Assembly: GCA_943331295.2 (NCBI GenBank)
Contig: CALQLA020000001.1
Location: 64,629 to 128,628, forward strand
Direction: 5' to 3'
DNA length: 64,000 nucleotides
Origin: Bordetella parapertussis
GTDB taxonomy: Bacteria; Pseudomonadota; Gammaproteobacteria; Burkholderiales; Casimicrobiaceae
Position numbers and translations under genes: made by a program. The notes beneath the pieces are model-generated. The model had not been told where the DNA came from. It ran no database searches and saw only the letters and a list, made by a program, of their open reading frames with translations. Below are positions 29,996 to 40,296 of the stretch, piece by piece; within the stretch, counting starts at the first letter, position 1; every line of letters starts with the position of its first letter.

Positions 29996-30955
29996 TCAGG
30001 ACGGGCAGGCGCCCGCGTTCAGGAACAGCCACTCGCGGGGCTTGCCGTCGCGCGTGCCGGAAACGCGGACCGGCTGGCTCGCGACCAGCGGCTTGACGAC
30101 GGCGGACAGCATGTCGTCGATCGCCGCCAGGGCGATGCCGTTCGCCTGCAGCATCCGGTCGCCGGTCTTCATCCCCAGCATCGTCGCGAGTCCTGTCGCG
30201 TCGCGGACGATGAGCGCGCCGTTCGCGGGTGCCAGCAGCGCGCCCCAGCTCGCGGGCTGCGCGGCCATGCCGGTCAGGAGTTCCGCGTTGAGGCGGTAGA
30301 CCGGCCCGGAAAATCCGGCCGGCAACGCACAACCGGCACGCGACGCGCCGGCGGCTGCCACGGTCGGCGTCGCCGCGGGTGCCGCGGCCGCGGCAGCGCT
30401 GGCCGAGCCGATGGTGCGGCGGGTCGACGGTGGGCTGGTCGCGGGCGCGGCGGCGGGCGGCGGCGTCGACGACCGGAGTGGGATGTCGCGCGACGTCCCC
30501 CGATCGCGAATGCGGATGCCGTCGGGACGGACCGCCTCGAGCTTCACGTCAGGGGCGATGTCCTGCCCGCTCGCCACCAGCACGGCACCCCGGTCGGGGA
30601 ACCGCAACAGCGCGTAGCCGGTGCCGTCGCGCGCCGCGAATACGCCGAGGAGGCGTGCGTCCGCCTGCAGGCCGCTGCCGGTTGTGGCGCCGCCGGCGGC
30701 GGCTGCGTCCACGGGGGCAGGCGGCGCCCGGCCGAACGGCGCGGCGGCGATGATCGCCTTCCCCGCGGCCTCCGGCAACGCCGTGGGCTGGGCCGACGGT
30801 GCCATCGCGGCGGGCCCGAACGCCCGCCACCCCCAGTAGGCGATGACCAGCGCGAGAACCGCGCCGGCCGCGAGCATCGCAGCGAGCACGGCCGCGCGCC
30901 ACGCCCAGGCATCGCGGCCGGTGACGGAAGGACCTGCAGCAGCGGCTGTCGCCAT
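29996..30955 (-). CDS. GspC-like protein: N-terminal TM helix, Ala/Pro-rich linkers, T2SS-C-like segment and C-terminal PDZ-like domain
   Basis: ATG 30955. TM helix WAWRAAVLAAMLAAGAVLALVIAYWGW. ARLLGVFAARDGTGYALLRFPDRGAVLVASGQDI resembles the GspC N-domain. LGMKTGDRMLQANG is PDZ-like. Confidence 0.5.
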   Translation of the reverse strand: MATAAAAGPSVTGRDAWAWRAAVLAAMLAAGAVLALVIAYWGWRAFGPAAMAPSAQPTALPEAAGKAIIAAAPFGRAPPAPVDAAAAGGATTGSGLQADARLLGVFAARDGTGYALLRFPDRGAVLVASGQDIAPDVKLEAVRPDGIRIRDRGTSRDIPLRSSTPPPAAAPATSPPSTRRTIGSASAAAAAAPAATPTVAAAGASRAGCALPAGFSGPVYRLNAELLTGMAAQPASWGALLAPANGALIVRDATGLATMLGMKTGDRMLQANGIALAAIDDMLSAVVKPLVASQPVRVSGTRDGKPREWLFLNAGACPS

Positions 30956-31039
30956 TTCGCTGTTCGCCCGTCGGATCGTGGTCAATGCGCGCGGCGCGGC
31001 GCCGCGGCGGACGCCGACGGGCGCGTGCCCGTGCTGCCG

Positions 31040-31045
31040 TATAAT
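31040..31045 (+). promoter_or_regulatory. perfect TATAAT -10 candidate upstream of dapC
   Basis: TATAAT lies 32 nt upstream of the proposed TTG start in GC-rich intergenic DNA. No convincing -35 element. Confidence 0.3.
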
Positions 31046-31076
31046 CGGTCTCCCATCCGCTGTCTGCCCGCCTCCA

Positions 31077-32270
31077 TTGAACCCTCGTCTTTCGCGCCTG
31101 CAGCCGTATCCGTTCCAGCGGCTGCGGCAGTTGTTCGCCGATGTTGCGCCCAATCCCGCGCTGCGTCCGATCAGCCTGTCCATCGGTGAGCCGAAGCACC
31201 CGACGCCGCCGCTGATCCTCGACGCGCTCGCGGCCGGCGGCGGTGGCCTGTCGCATTATCCCATGACGATCGGTTCGTCCGCGCTGCGCGAAGCGATGGC
31301 GGCGTGGCTCGGCCGTCGCCACGGGCTCGCGCCGCTCGATCCGGCAACCCAGGTGCTGCCGGTCCTGGGCAGCCGCGAGGCGCTGTTCGCGTTCGCGCAG
31401 ACGGTGGTCGACGGCACGCGCCCGGGCGCCACCGTGGTGATGCCGAACCCGTTCTACCAGATCTACGAGGGCGCCGCGCTCCTCGCCGGCGCGGAGCCGT
31501 ATTGCGTCAATGCCGCCGCGGCCGCCGGATTCGCCCCGCAGTGGCGCGACGTTCCCGACGCGGTGTGGGCGCGGACGCAGCTCTGCTACGTCTGCTCGCC
31601 CGACAACCCGACCGGCCGCGTGACGACGCTCGCGGACTGGCGGCACCTGTTCGAGCTTTCCGACCGCCACGGCTTCGTCATCGCCGCCGACGAATGCTAT
31701 TCGGAGATCTACTTCGACGAGGCGCACCCGCCGCTGGGCGCGCTGGCGGCCGCGCGGGAACTCGGCCGCGGCGGCTACCCGCGCCTCGTGTCGTTCGGCA
31801 GCCTGTCGAAGCGCTCGAACGCCCCCGGGCTGCGCTCGGGCTACGTCGCCGGGGACGCCGCGCTGATCAAGGCGTTCCTGCTCTACCGGACCTACCACGG
31901 GTCGGCCATGTCGCCGGCGGTGGAGGCCGCGAGCATCGCCGCTTGGGACGACGAAGCGCACGTGCGCGCGAACCGCGTTCTCTACGCGGCCAAGTTCGCG
32001 GCGCTGCATCCCAGGCTCGCGGCGGTGCTGCCGGTGTCGATGCCGGAGGCCGCGTTCTACCTGTGGGCGCCGGTGCCCATCGACGACGCGGACTTCGCCC
32101 GGCGCCTCTACGCCGAGCAGGCGGTCACCGTGCTGCCGGGCAGCTACATCGCACGCGACGCGCACGGCGCCAACCCGGGACGCGGCCACGTCCGGATCGC
32201 GCTGGTCGCCGACGCCGGCGAGTGCGCGGAAGGCGTGGACCGGATCGTCGCGCTGGCGCGGGCGCTCTAG
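31077..32270 (+). CDS. dapC: succinyldiaminopimelate transaminase
   Basis: Proposed TTG start gives (M)NPRLSRLQPYPFQRLRQLF, the typical DapC N-terminus. Motifs SIGEPKH and SFGSLSKRSNAPGLRSGY. Confidence 0.85.
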   Translation: MNPRLSRLQPYPFQRLRQLFADVAPNPALRPISLSIGEPKHPTPPLILDALAAGGGGLSHYPMTIGSSALREAMAAWLGRRHGLAPLDPATQVLPVLGSREALFAFAQTVVDGTRPGATVVMPNPFYQIYEGAALLAGAEPYCVNAAAAAGFAPQWRDVPDAVWARTQLCYVCSPDNPTGRVTTLADWRHLFELSDRHGFVIAADECYSEIYFDEAHPPLGALAAARELGRGGYPRLVSFGSLSKRSNAPGLRSGYVAGDAALIKAFLLYRTYHGSAMSPAVEAASIAAWDDEAHVRANRVLYAAKFAALHPRLAAVLPVSMPEAAFYLWAPVPIDDADFARRLYAEQAVTVLPGSYIARDAHGANPGRGHVRIALVADAGECAEGVDRIVALARAL

Positions 32271-32372
32271 CCGCTTCAGTCCCGGCGCATGCCGGCGACG
32301 CTTCGTCGGCGCCCGCCGCGCTTCGTCGCGTTCCGGGGACCGTGGCGGCCGCCGGTACTACAATCGCCGGTC

Positions 32373-33437
32373 ATGACGACCCTGACGCTGCCTCCCCGCC
32401 TCGCCCCGCTCGCTGCCGGCCTCCGGGTCACGTGGCCCACCGTGCTGCTGATCGCCGCGATCAACACCGGCGTGGCGGGCCTCCTGTGGATCGAGGACAC
32501 GCGGCCGTTCTGGCATCCGCTGGTCTCCGCGCAGTGCATCGGCTTCGCGATCGCCTACTGCGTCAACGTCGCCTCGCCGTGGGAAAAATCCTGGCCGGTC
32601 GCGCGGCTCGTCGCCGCCGTTGCCGCCGGCAGCGTGATCGGGCTCGTGGTCGTGATCCTCGTCAAGGGCTATTCCGCGTCGTACCTCGCGGGCAACGCGA
32701 GCCTGTTCGCGCTGACGCTGGTGACGGGATTCTTCAACGGGCTGTTCGTCAGCCTGTTCTTCCTGTTCAAGTTCCGCGAGGCGCGGGCGGCGACCGCGCT
32801 GCACCGGGCCGAGGCGGAGCGGCTGCTGCTGTCGAAGCAGGCGGTCGAGTCCGAGCTGAAGCTGATGCAGGCGCAGATCGAGCCGCATTTCCTGTTCAAC
32901 ACGCTCGCCTCGGTGCAGTACCTCACCGAGACCGATCCGCCGCAGGCCGGCCGGCTGCTCGGCCACCTGCTCGCCTACCTGCGCACCGCGGTGCCGCAGC
33001 TGCGCGCCTCCGGCACCACGCTGGGCCGCGAAATCGAGCTGGCCGAGGCATACCTCAGCATCCTGAAGATCCGCATGGGCGAACGGCTCGCCTTCGCGAT
33101 CGACGTGCCGGACGAGTTGCGCGCGCACCCGCTGCCGCCGATGCTGCTGATGTCGGTGATCGAGAACGCCATCGAGCACGGGCTGGAGCCGCGGGCCGAC
33201 GGCGGCAGCGTGACGCTCGCCGCCCGCCGCGAGGGCGAGTCGCTGGTGATCCGCGTGACCGACACCGGCGACGGCCTCGAGGCGGACGCGCCGGCCCGGC
33301 CCGGCCACGGCGTGGGAATCGCGAACCTGCGCGACCGGTTGCGGACGATGTACGGCGCAGGCGGCCGGTTCACGCTGGAGAACCACGGGCCGCACGGCGC
33401 CCGCGCGACGATCGAACTGCCTTTCCAGGCCGGCTGA
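32373..33437 (+). CDS. LytS/YehU-type sensor histidine kinase
   Basis: Multi-TM N-terminal part. His_kinase box AQIEPHFLFNTLASVQYL. HATPase motifs (IENAIEHG, DTGDGL). Confidence 0.8.
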   Translation: MTTLTLPPRLAPLAAGLRVTWPTVLLIAAINTGVAGLLWIEDTRPFWHPLVSAQCIGFAIAYCVNVASPWEKSWPVARLVAAVAAGSVIGLVVVILVKGYSASYLAGNASLFALTLVTGFFNGLFVSLFFLFKFREARAATALHRAEAERLLLSKQAVESELKLMQAQIEPHFLFNTLASVQYLTETDPPQAGRLLGHLLAYLRTAVPQLRASGTTLGREIELAEAYLSILKIRMGERLAFAIDVPDELRAHPLPPMLLMSVIENAIEHGLEPRADGGSVTLAARREGESLVIRVTDTGDGLEADAPARPGHGVGIANLRDRLRTMYGAGGRFTLENHGPHGARATIELPFQAG

Positions 33438-33450
33438 CCCGCTGCCTGCC

Positions 33451-34239
33451 ATGACCGCCTTCGCCCGCCGCGGCCCGACCGCACTGATCGCCGAGGACGA
33501 GCCGCTGCTGCGCGCGCTGCTGCAGACGCGGCTCGCGGAAGCCTGGCCCGAGCTCGACGTCGTCGCCCTTGCCGGCAACGGCGGCGAGGCGCTGGCCCTG
33601 TTCGCGTCGCAGCAGCCGGACATCGTGTTCCTCGACATCCGGATGCCCGTCAGGAGCGGGCTCGAGGTCGCCCGCGAGATCGCCGGGGCGTGCCACATCG
33701 TGTTCGTCACTGCCTACGACGAATACGCGGTCGCCGCATTCGATGCGGGTGCCGTCGACTACCTGCTTAAGCCGCCGGCCGCCGAGCGCATCGCCAAGGT
33801 GGTCGCCCGACTCAAGTCGCGGCTCGCTGCCGAGCCGTCCGATCCGTCCGATCCGGCGAGCCTCAGGGCGCTGCTCGCGCAACTCGCGGCGCGCGAGGGG
33901 CTCGCCCCCGCGGCGCCGCTGAAATGGATCCGCGCCTCGCTCGGCGCATCGCTGCGCCTCATCGCCGTCGACGACGTGATCTACTTCCAGGCCGAGGACA
34001 AGTACACGAAGGTCGTCACCGCGGGCGGCGACGCGCTGATCCGCAAGTCGATCCGCGAGCTGTACGAGGAACTCGATCCCGACGTGTTTTGGCAGATTCA
34101 CCGCGGCACGATCGTCAACCTGCGCGCGGTCGGCCGCGTCGACCGCGACTGGCGCGACCAGCCCGTGGTCGTGCTGAAGGACCGCCCGGAAAAGCTGACG
34201 GTCAGCCGCTCGTTCGCGGCGCGGTTCAAGTCGATGTAG
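33451..34239 (+). CDS. LytR/AlgR-family response regulator (REC + LytTR DNA-binding domain)
   Basis: REC domain ([18 protein letters not shown]). LytTR domain ([28 protein letters not shown]). Confidence 0.85.
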   Translation: MTAFARRGPTALIAEDEPLLRALLQTRLAEAWPELDVVALAGNGGEALALFASQQPDIVFLDIRMPVRSGLEVAREIAGACHIVFVTAYDEYAVAAFDAGAVDYLLKPPAAERIAKVVARLKSRLAAEPSDPSDPASLRALLAQLAAREGLAPAAPLKWIRASLGASLRLIAVDDVIYFQAEDKYTKVVTAGGDALIRKSIRELYEELDPDVFWQIHRGTIVNLRAVGRVDRDWRDQPVVVLKDRPEKLTVSRSFAARFKSM

Positions 34240-34316
34240 GTGCCCGCGGGGCCGGCAGATATCGCGGGTTGGACGCGATTCGCGGTAAAATGAACGCTTT
34301 TGCCGTGAGCCTAGCG

Positions 34317-35156
<840 letters not shown>

Positions 35157-35232
35157 GCGAGGCGTGCTGCGCCGGCGCTCCCCCATCCCGCGACGCCTTC
35201 CGGAGCCCAACGTGCTAACGCGAACCCAGGAT

Positions 35233-36024
35233 ATGTCCGTCAACATCAAATCCGCCTCCGACGTCGAGAAGATGCGCGTCGCCGGGCGCCTCGCGTCGGA
35301 AGTCCTCGATTTCATCACGCCGCACGTCCAGCCCGGCGTCACCACCGGCGAGCTCGACCGGTTGTGCCACGACTACATGGTGGCGACGCAGCAGACGATC
35401 CCCGCACCGCTCAACTACGCGCCGCCCGGCCACGTGCCCTACCCGGCGTCGATCTGCACGTCGGTCAACCATGTGGTCTGCCACGGCATCCCGGGCGACA
35501 AGCGGCTGAAGTCCGGCGACATCATCAACCTCGACATCACGGTGATCAAGGACGGCTTCCACGGCGACACGAGCCGCATGTTCTGCGTCGGGCCGCCGTC
35601 GATCCAGGCGCGGCGGCTCGTCGAGACGACCTACGAGGCGATGTGGCAGGGCATCCGCGCGGTACGCGCCGGCGCGCACCTGGGCGACATCGGCAGCACG
35701 GTCCAGAAGTACGCCGAGGGCCGCGGCTTCACGATCGTCCGCGAGTTCTGCGGCCACGGGATCGGCCGCGAGTTCCACGAGGAACCGCAGGTGCTGCACT
35801 ACGGCCGGCCCGGCACCGGCCTCAAGCTGCAGGCCGGCATGACGTTCACGATCGAGCCGATGGTCAATGCGGGTCGCGCCGCGATCCGCGGCCTCGCCGA
35901 TGGCTGGACGATCGTCACCGCCGACCACTCGCTGTCGGCGCAGTGGGAGCACACGGTGCTGGTGACGCACGAAGGGTTCGAGGTGCTGACCGTCTCCGCC
36001 GGGTCGCCGCCGCCGCCCGCCTAG
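35233..36024 (+). CDS. map: type I methionine aminopeptidase
   Basis: Motifs VCHGIP, NLDITVIKDGFHGD, FCGHGIG and HTVLVT. Confidence 0.93.
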   Translation: MSVNIKSASDVEKMRVAGRLASEVLDFITPHVQPGVTTGELDRLCHDYMVATQQTIPAPLNYAPPGHVPYPASICTSVNHVVCHGIPGDKRLKSGDIINLDITVIKDGFHGDTSRMFCVGPPSIQARRLVETTYEAMWQGIRAVRAGAHLGDIGSTVQKYAEGRGFTIVREFCGHGIGREFHEEPQVLHYGRPGTGLKLQAGMTFTIEPMVNAGRAAIRGLADGWTIVTADHSLSAQWEHTVLVTHEGFEVLTVSAGSPPPPA

Positions 36025-38658
36025 ATGTCGAACCCGACGGCCGCCGCGCCCGAACCGCCCCGTTCCGCGGCACCGGATCCGGCCGCCCAGGGCCCGGCCG
36101 CCTCGACGCGGCGCTGGCGCGAGGAACTCCAGGCCGGGCGCAAGGCGCTGCAGGCGTCGTTCCTCGCGCGACCCAACACCCAAGCGCTGCTCACCGGCCA
36201 CGCGCGGCTCGTCGATCGCGTACTGAGGGGCGCGTGGGCGGACCAGCAGGCGCCCGCCGACATCGCGCTCGTGGCCGTCGGCGGCTACGGGCGCGGCCAG
36301 TTGTTCCCGCATTCCGATGTCGACGTCCTGATCCTGCTGCCGCGCGCGCTCGACGCCGGGAGCACCGGGTTCGTCGAGCGCTACATCGGCGCGATGTGGG
36401 ACCTCGGCCTGGAGATCGGGCACAGCGTCCGGACGCTGGCCGACTGCCAGGCGGAGATGGCCGCCGACGTCACGGTCCGGACGAGCCTGCTCGAGCACCG
36501 GCTGCTGGCAGGCCCGCGCGCGCTGTTCGCCGAGTTCCGGCGCGGGTTCGCGCTTGCGATGGACTTCCGCACCTTCTACGACGCCAAGACGCTCGAGCAA
36601 CAGCAGCGGCACCTCAAGTACCACGACACCGCCTACAACCTCGAGCCGAACATCAAGGAGAGCCCCGGGGGCCTGCGCGACCTGCAGTCGGTGATGTGGA
36701 TCGCGCGCGCCGCGGGCCTCGGCCACACCTGGAGCGCGCTGGCCCACGCCGGCCTCATCACCCTCGACGAGGCGCGGACGGTGATGCGCATGGAGCGCTT
36801 CATCGGCGGGCTGCGCGTCCGGCTGCACTACCTCACCGGGCGCCGCGAGGACCGGCTCGTGTTCGACCAGCAGAACGCGCTGGCGCGGCAGCTCGGCATG
36901 GTCGACACGCCGACGAAGCGCGCGAGCGAGCAGCTGATGCAGCGCTACTACCGCGCCGCCAAGCTGGTCCGGCAGGTCAACGTGATCCTGCTGCAGAACC
37001 TGCACGCGCGGATCTTCCCTGTCATGGCCAAGCCGACGCCGCTCGACGCCGACTTCCAGGTCGTCGACGAGCTGCTCGACGTGCGCAGCGAGGACCTGTT
37101 CGAGCGGCGTCCGGCGGCGATGCTCGACGCCTTCCTCGCGATCCAGAAGCAACCTGCGCTGAAGGGCATGTCGGCGCGGACGCTGCGCGCGCTGTGGCGC
37201 AACCACAAGCGGATCGACGCCGCGTTCCGCCGCGACCCTGCGAACCGTGCGCGGTTCGTCCAGGTCTTCCGCGAATCCTACGGGATCACCCACGAGCTGC
37301 GGCGGATGAACCTGTACGGCATCCTCGGCACCTACCTGCCGGCGTTCGGGCGGATCGTCGGGCAGATGCAGCACGACCTGTTCCACGTCTACACCGTCGA
37401 CGAGCACATCCTGATGGTGATCCGCAACCTGCGCCGGTTCTGCGAGGCGCAGCACGCGCACGAATACCCGCTCTGCTCGCGGCTGATGGCGGACTTCGCA
37501 CGCAAGGAAGTGCTCTACCTCGCCGGCCTCTTCCACGACATCGCCAAGGGCCGCGGCGGCGACCATTCCAGGCTGGGCGAGCGCGACGCGCGCCGGTTCT
37601 GCCGCGAGCACGGGCTGTCCGCCGAGGACGTCGACCTCGTCGCGTGGCTGGTCGAGCACCACCTGTGCATGTCGGCCGTGGCGCAGAAGCAGGACATCAC
37701 CGATCCCGACGTCGTCGCCGCGTTCGCCGGCGTGGTCGAGACCGACCGGCGGCTGGCCGCGCTCTACCTCTTCACCGTCGCCGACATCCGCGGGACGAGC
37801 CCGAAGGTATGGAATGCGTGGAAGGCGAAGCTGCTCGAGGATCTCTTCCAGGCGACGCGATCGCGGCTGGCGGACGCGAGCGGCGCGCCGACGCTCGCCG
37901 ACAGCCTGCAGGAGCGCCAGAAGGAAGCGCGCCGGCTGCTGCGGCTCTACGCGATCGCCGAGGGCGCCGAGGAGGCGCTGTGGTCGCGGCTCGACGCGGT
38001 CTATTTCCAACGCCACTCGGCGGACGAGATCGCCTGGCACACGCGCCATCTCTATTTCCGCGTCGACGGCACCGCGCCGGTGGTGCGCGCGCGGCTTTCG
38101 CGCGGCGACGCGGGGCTGCAGGTGCTCGTCTACCTGCCGGACCAGAAGGACCTGTTCGCGCGGGTCTGCGGCTTCTTCGGGCGGGCCGGGCTGTCCATCC
38201 TGGAGGCCAAGGTGCACACGACGCGCCACGGCTATGCGCTCGACACGTTCGCGGTCCACGATCCGTTCCGGCGCAATGCGTCGTACCGCGACACGATCCA
38301 GCTGGTCGAGTACGAGCTGAAGCAGCTCCTCGAGGAGCAGCGGCCGCTGCAGCCGCCGCCCGTCGGGCGTGTGAGCCGCCGGGCGCGGCATTTTCCGCTG
38401 TCGCCCGAGATTCGCATCTTTCCCGACGACAAGGAACTGCACTACATCCTGGAGATCGTCGCCGGAGACCGCCCCGGCCTGCTGGCGCAGATCGCCTACA
38501 CGCTGGCGACGTCGAACATCAACGTGGCCAGCGCCAAGATCATCACGCTGGGCGAGCGTGCCGAGGACGTCTTCCTGATCGACGGCGCCCGGCTGCACGA
38601 CGCGCAGGCGTTGCTGCGGCTGGAAACCGCGCTTTACGACCAGCTCCGGCTGCACTAG
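36025..38658 (+). CDS. glnD: bifunctional [protein-PII] uridylyltransferase / uridylyl-removing enzyme
   Basis: NTase domain (AVGGYGRGQLFPHSDVDVLIL). HD domain (LFHDIAKG). Two C-terminal ACT domains. 877 aa. Confidence 0.93.
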   Translation: MSNPTAAAPEPPRSAAPDPAAQGPAASTRRWREELQAGRKALQASFLARPNTQALLTGHARLVDRVLRGAWADQQAPADIALVAVGGYGRGQLFPHSDVDVLILLPRALDAGSTGFVERYIGAMWDLGLEIGHSVRTLADCQAEMAADVTVRTSLLEHRLLAGPRALFAEFRRGFALAMDFRTFYDAKTLEQQQRHLKYHDTAYNLEPNIKESPGGLRDLQSVMWIARAAGLGHTWSALAHAGLITLDEARTVMRMERFIGGLRVRLHYLTGRREDRLVFDQQNALARQLGMVDTPTKRASEQLMQRYYRAAKLVRQVNVILLQNLHARIFPVMAKPTPLDADFQVVDELLDVRSEDLFERRPAAMLDAFLAIQKQPALKGMSARTLRALWRNHKRIDAAFRRDPANRARFVQVFRESYGITHELRRMNLYGILGTYLPAFGRIVGQMQHDLFHVYTVDEHILMVIRNLRRFCEAQHAHEYPLCSRLMADFARKEVLYLAGLFHDIAKGRGGDHSRLGERDARRFCREHGLSAEDVDLVAWLVEHHLCMSAVAQKQDITDPDVVAAFAGVVETDRRLAALYLFTVADIRGTSPKVWNAWKAKLLEDLFQATRSRLADASGAPTLADSLQERQKEARRLLRLYAIAEGAEEALWSRLDAVYFQRHSADEIAWHTRHLYFRVDGTAPVVRARLSRGDAGLQVLVYLPDQKDLFARVCGFFGRAGLSILEAKVHTTRHGYALDTFAVHDPFRRNASYRDTIQLVEYELKQLLEEQRPLQPPPVGRVSRRARHFPLSPEIRIFPDDKELHYILEIVAGDRPGLLAQIAYTLATSNINVASAKIITLGERAEDVFLIDGARLHDAQALLRLETALYDQLRLH

Positions 38659-38678
38659 CGGAGCGCATCCCCGACCGT

Positions 38679-38773
38679 CGTAGCCCGGGTTGAGCAAGCG
38701 TACGCGAAACCCGGGGGGCCGTGCCTTGTTGCGCGATTGCCCCGGGTTTCGCTGGCGCTCAACCGGGGCTACG
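38679..38773. repeat. REP-like inverted pair of hairpin units between convergent glnD and def (possible bidirectional terminator)
   Basis: The left arm is cgtagCCCGGGTTgagcaagcgtacgcgAAACCCGGGg (38679-38716). The right arm (38740-38773) is its imperfect reverse complement. Each arm also folds on itself. Confidence 0.6.
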
Positions 38774-38810
38774 AAACCACGAAACCGCCGGCTCGCCGGA
38801 TGCGCGCGCC

Positions 38811-39344
38811 CTATTCGTCGGCCGCGACGCCCCCGTCCGGGAACAGCACGTCGGTGAAGCCGAAGCGCGAGAAGTCGCGCATCCTCATCGGATAGAGCAC
38901 GCCCATAAGGTGATCGCACTCGTGCTGCACCACGCGCGCGTGGAAGCCGGTGACGTCGCGCCGGATCGGCGTTCCCTGCGGATCGAAGCCTTCGTAGCGG
39001 AGGACCGTGTACCTCGGCACGATGCCGCGCAGGCCCGGCACGGACACGCACCCTTCCCAGTCGTCCTCCATGTCCCGCGACAGCGGCGTCAGCACCGGAT
39101 TGACGAGTTCGGTGTAGGGCACCGGGTCCGCATCCGGGTAGCGCGGGCTGTGGTCGACGCCGAAGATCACCACCTGCAGCGGCACGCCGATCTGCGGCGC
39201 CGCGAGCCCGGCGCCGTTCCGCGCGGCCATCGTGTCGCGCAGGTCCGCGAGCAGCGCGGCGAGTTCCGCGGTGCCGAAACGCTCCACCGGCGCCGACGGC
39301 TGCCACAGCCGGGGGTCGCCCATCCTCAGTACGTCGCGAATCAC
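38811..39344 (-). CDS. def: peptide deformylase
   Basis: GTG start at 39344 with a GAGGAG RBS. Motifs [18 protein letters not shown] and QHECDHL. Confidence 0.88.
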   Translation of the reverse strand: MIRDVLRMGDPRLWQPSAPVERFGTAELAALLADLRDTMAARNGAGLAAPQIGVPLQVVIFGVDHSPRYPDADPVPYTELVNPVLTPLSRDMEDDWEGCVSVPGLRGIVPRYTVLRYEGFDPQGTPIRRDVTGFHARVVQHECDHLMGVLYPMRMRDFSRFGFTDVLFPDGGVAADE

Positions 39345-39373
39345 GGCTTCTCCTCGAAAGATGCGGGGCGGCG

Positions 39374-40111
39374 TCAGATCAGCGGCGCGACGTGCTCGAG
39401 CAGCGTCCGCACGCGGTCCATCGCCGATTCCAGCACGACGACGATCCCGTCCATCGAGATCGCCATCGCCGAATCGCCGCGCCCGGCGGCGTGGTTGACG
39501 ACCACCGCGATCGCCGCATAGGGCAACTCGAGCTCGCGCGCCAGCCCGGCCTCGGGCATGCCGGTCATCCCGACGAGCGTCGCGCCGTCGCGCTCCAGGC
39601 GGTCGATTTCCGCAACCGTCTCGAGCCGCGGTCCCTGCACCGAGGCGTAGACGCCGCCGTCGGCCAGCGCGATGCCGGCGGCGGCGGCGGCAGCCAGGCA
39701 CTTCGCGCGCAGCGCCGGCGCGTAGGGGTGCGTGAAATCGACGTGGACCACCTGCTGGTCGCCGCCGTCGAAGAACGTCGCTTCGCGGCCGTGCGTGTAG
39801 TCGATGAGCTGGTGCGGCAGCAGCAGATCGCCGGGCAGCGCGCCGCGGATGCCGCCGACGGACGCCACGGCCAGGACCTCCGTCGCGCCGGCCTCTTTCA
39901 GCGCCCACAGGTTGGCGCGATAGTTGACGCGGTGCGGCGGGATCGTGTGCCCGTGCCCGTGGCGCGCCAGAAAGAGCGCGTCGCGGCCGGCGATCTGCCC
40001 GAAGACGAGGGCCGACGACGGCTCGCCGTACGGCGTGCGCACCACTTCGCGGCGGGCGACGGCAAGTGTCGACAGCTTGGCCAGGCCGCTGCCACCGATG
40101 ATTGCGAGCAT
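39374..40111 (-). CDS. mtnP: S-methyl-5'-thioadenosine/thioinosine phosphorylase (PNP family 2)
   Basis: Motifs [36 protein letters not shown] and VGMTGMPE. Confidence 0.85.
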   Translation of the reverse strand: MLAIIGGSGLAKLSTLAVARREVVRTPYGEPSSALVFGQIAGRDALFLARHGHGHTIPPHRVNYRANLWALKEAGATEVLAVASVGGIRGALPGDLLLPHQLIDYTHGREATFFDGGDQQVVHVDFTHPYAPALRAKCLAAAAAAGIALADGGVYASVQGPRLETVAEIDRLERDGATLVGMTGMPEAGLARELELPYAAIAVVVNHAAGRGDSAMAISMDGIVVVLESAMDRVRTLLEHVAPLI

Positions 40112-40296
40112 GTTCGAAGCCTCAGGAGGGACGCCGGCGAAGCTGCGGGGACGGGTCGCGCCGGCGGTGCCGGGCGGGCGGCGCCCGGATCCCCGGGTGG
40201 AACTCTTCGCCGATTCATGACATTATCGTAGAACCTTGCGGTATCTGCTAAAGGCGCGCCGGCAAGCTCGTGGCCGCCATTCTAGCGCGGGATTCC

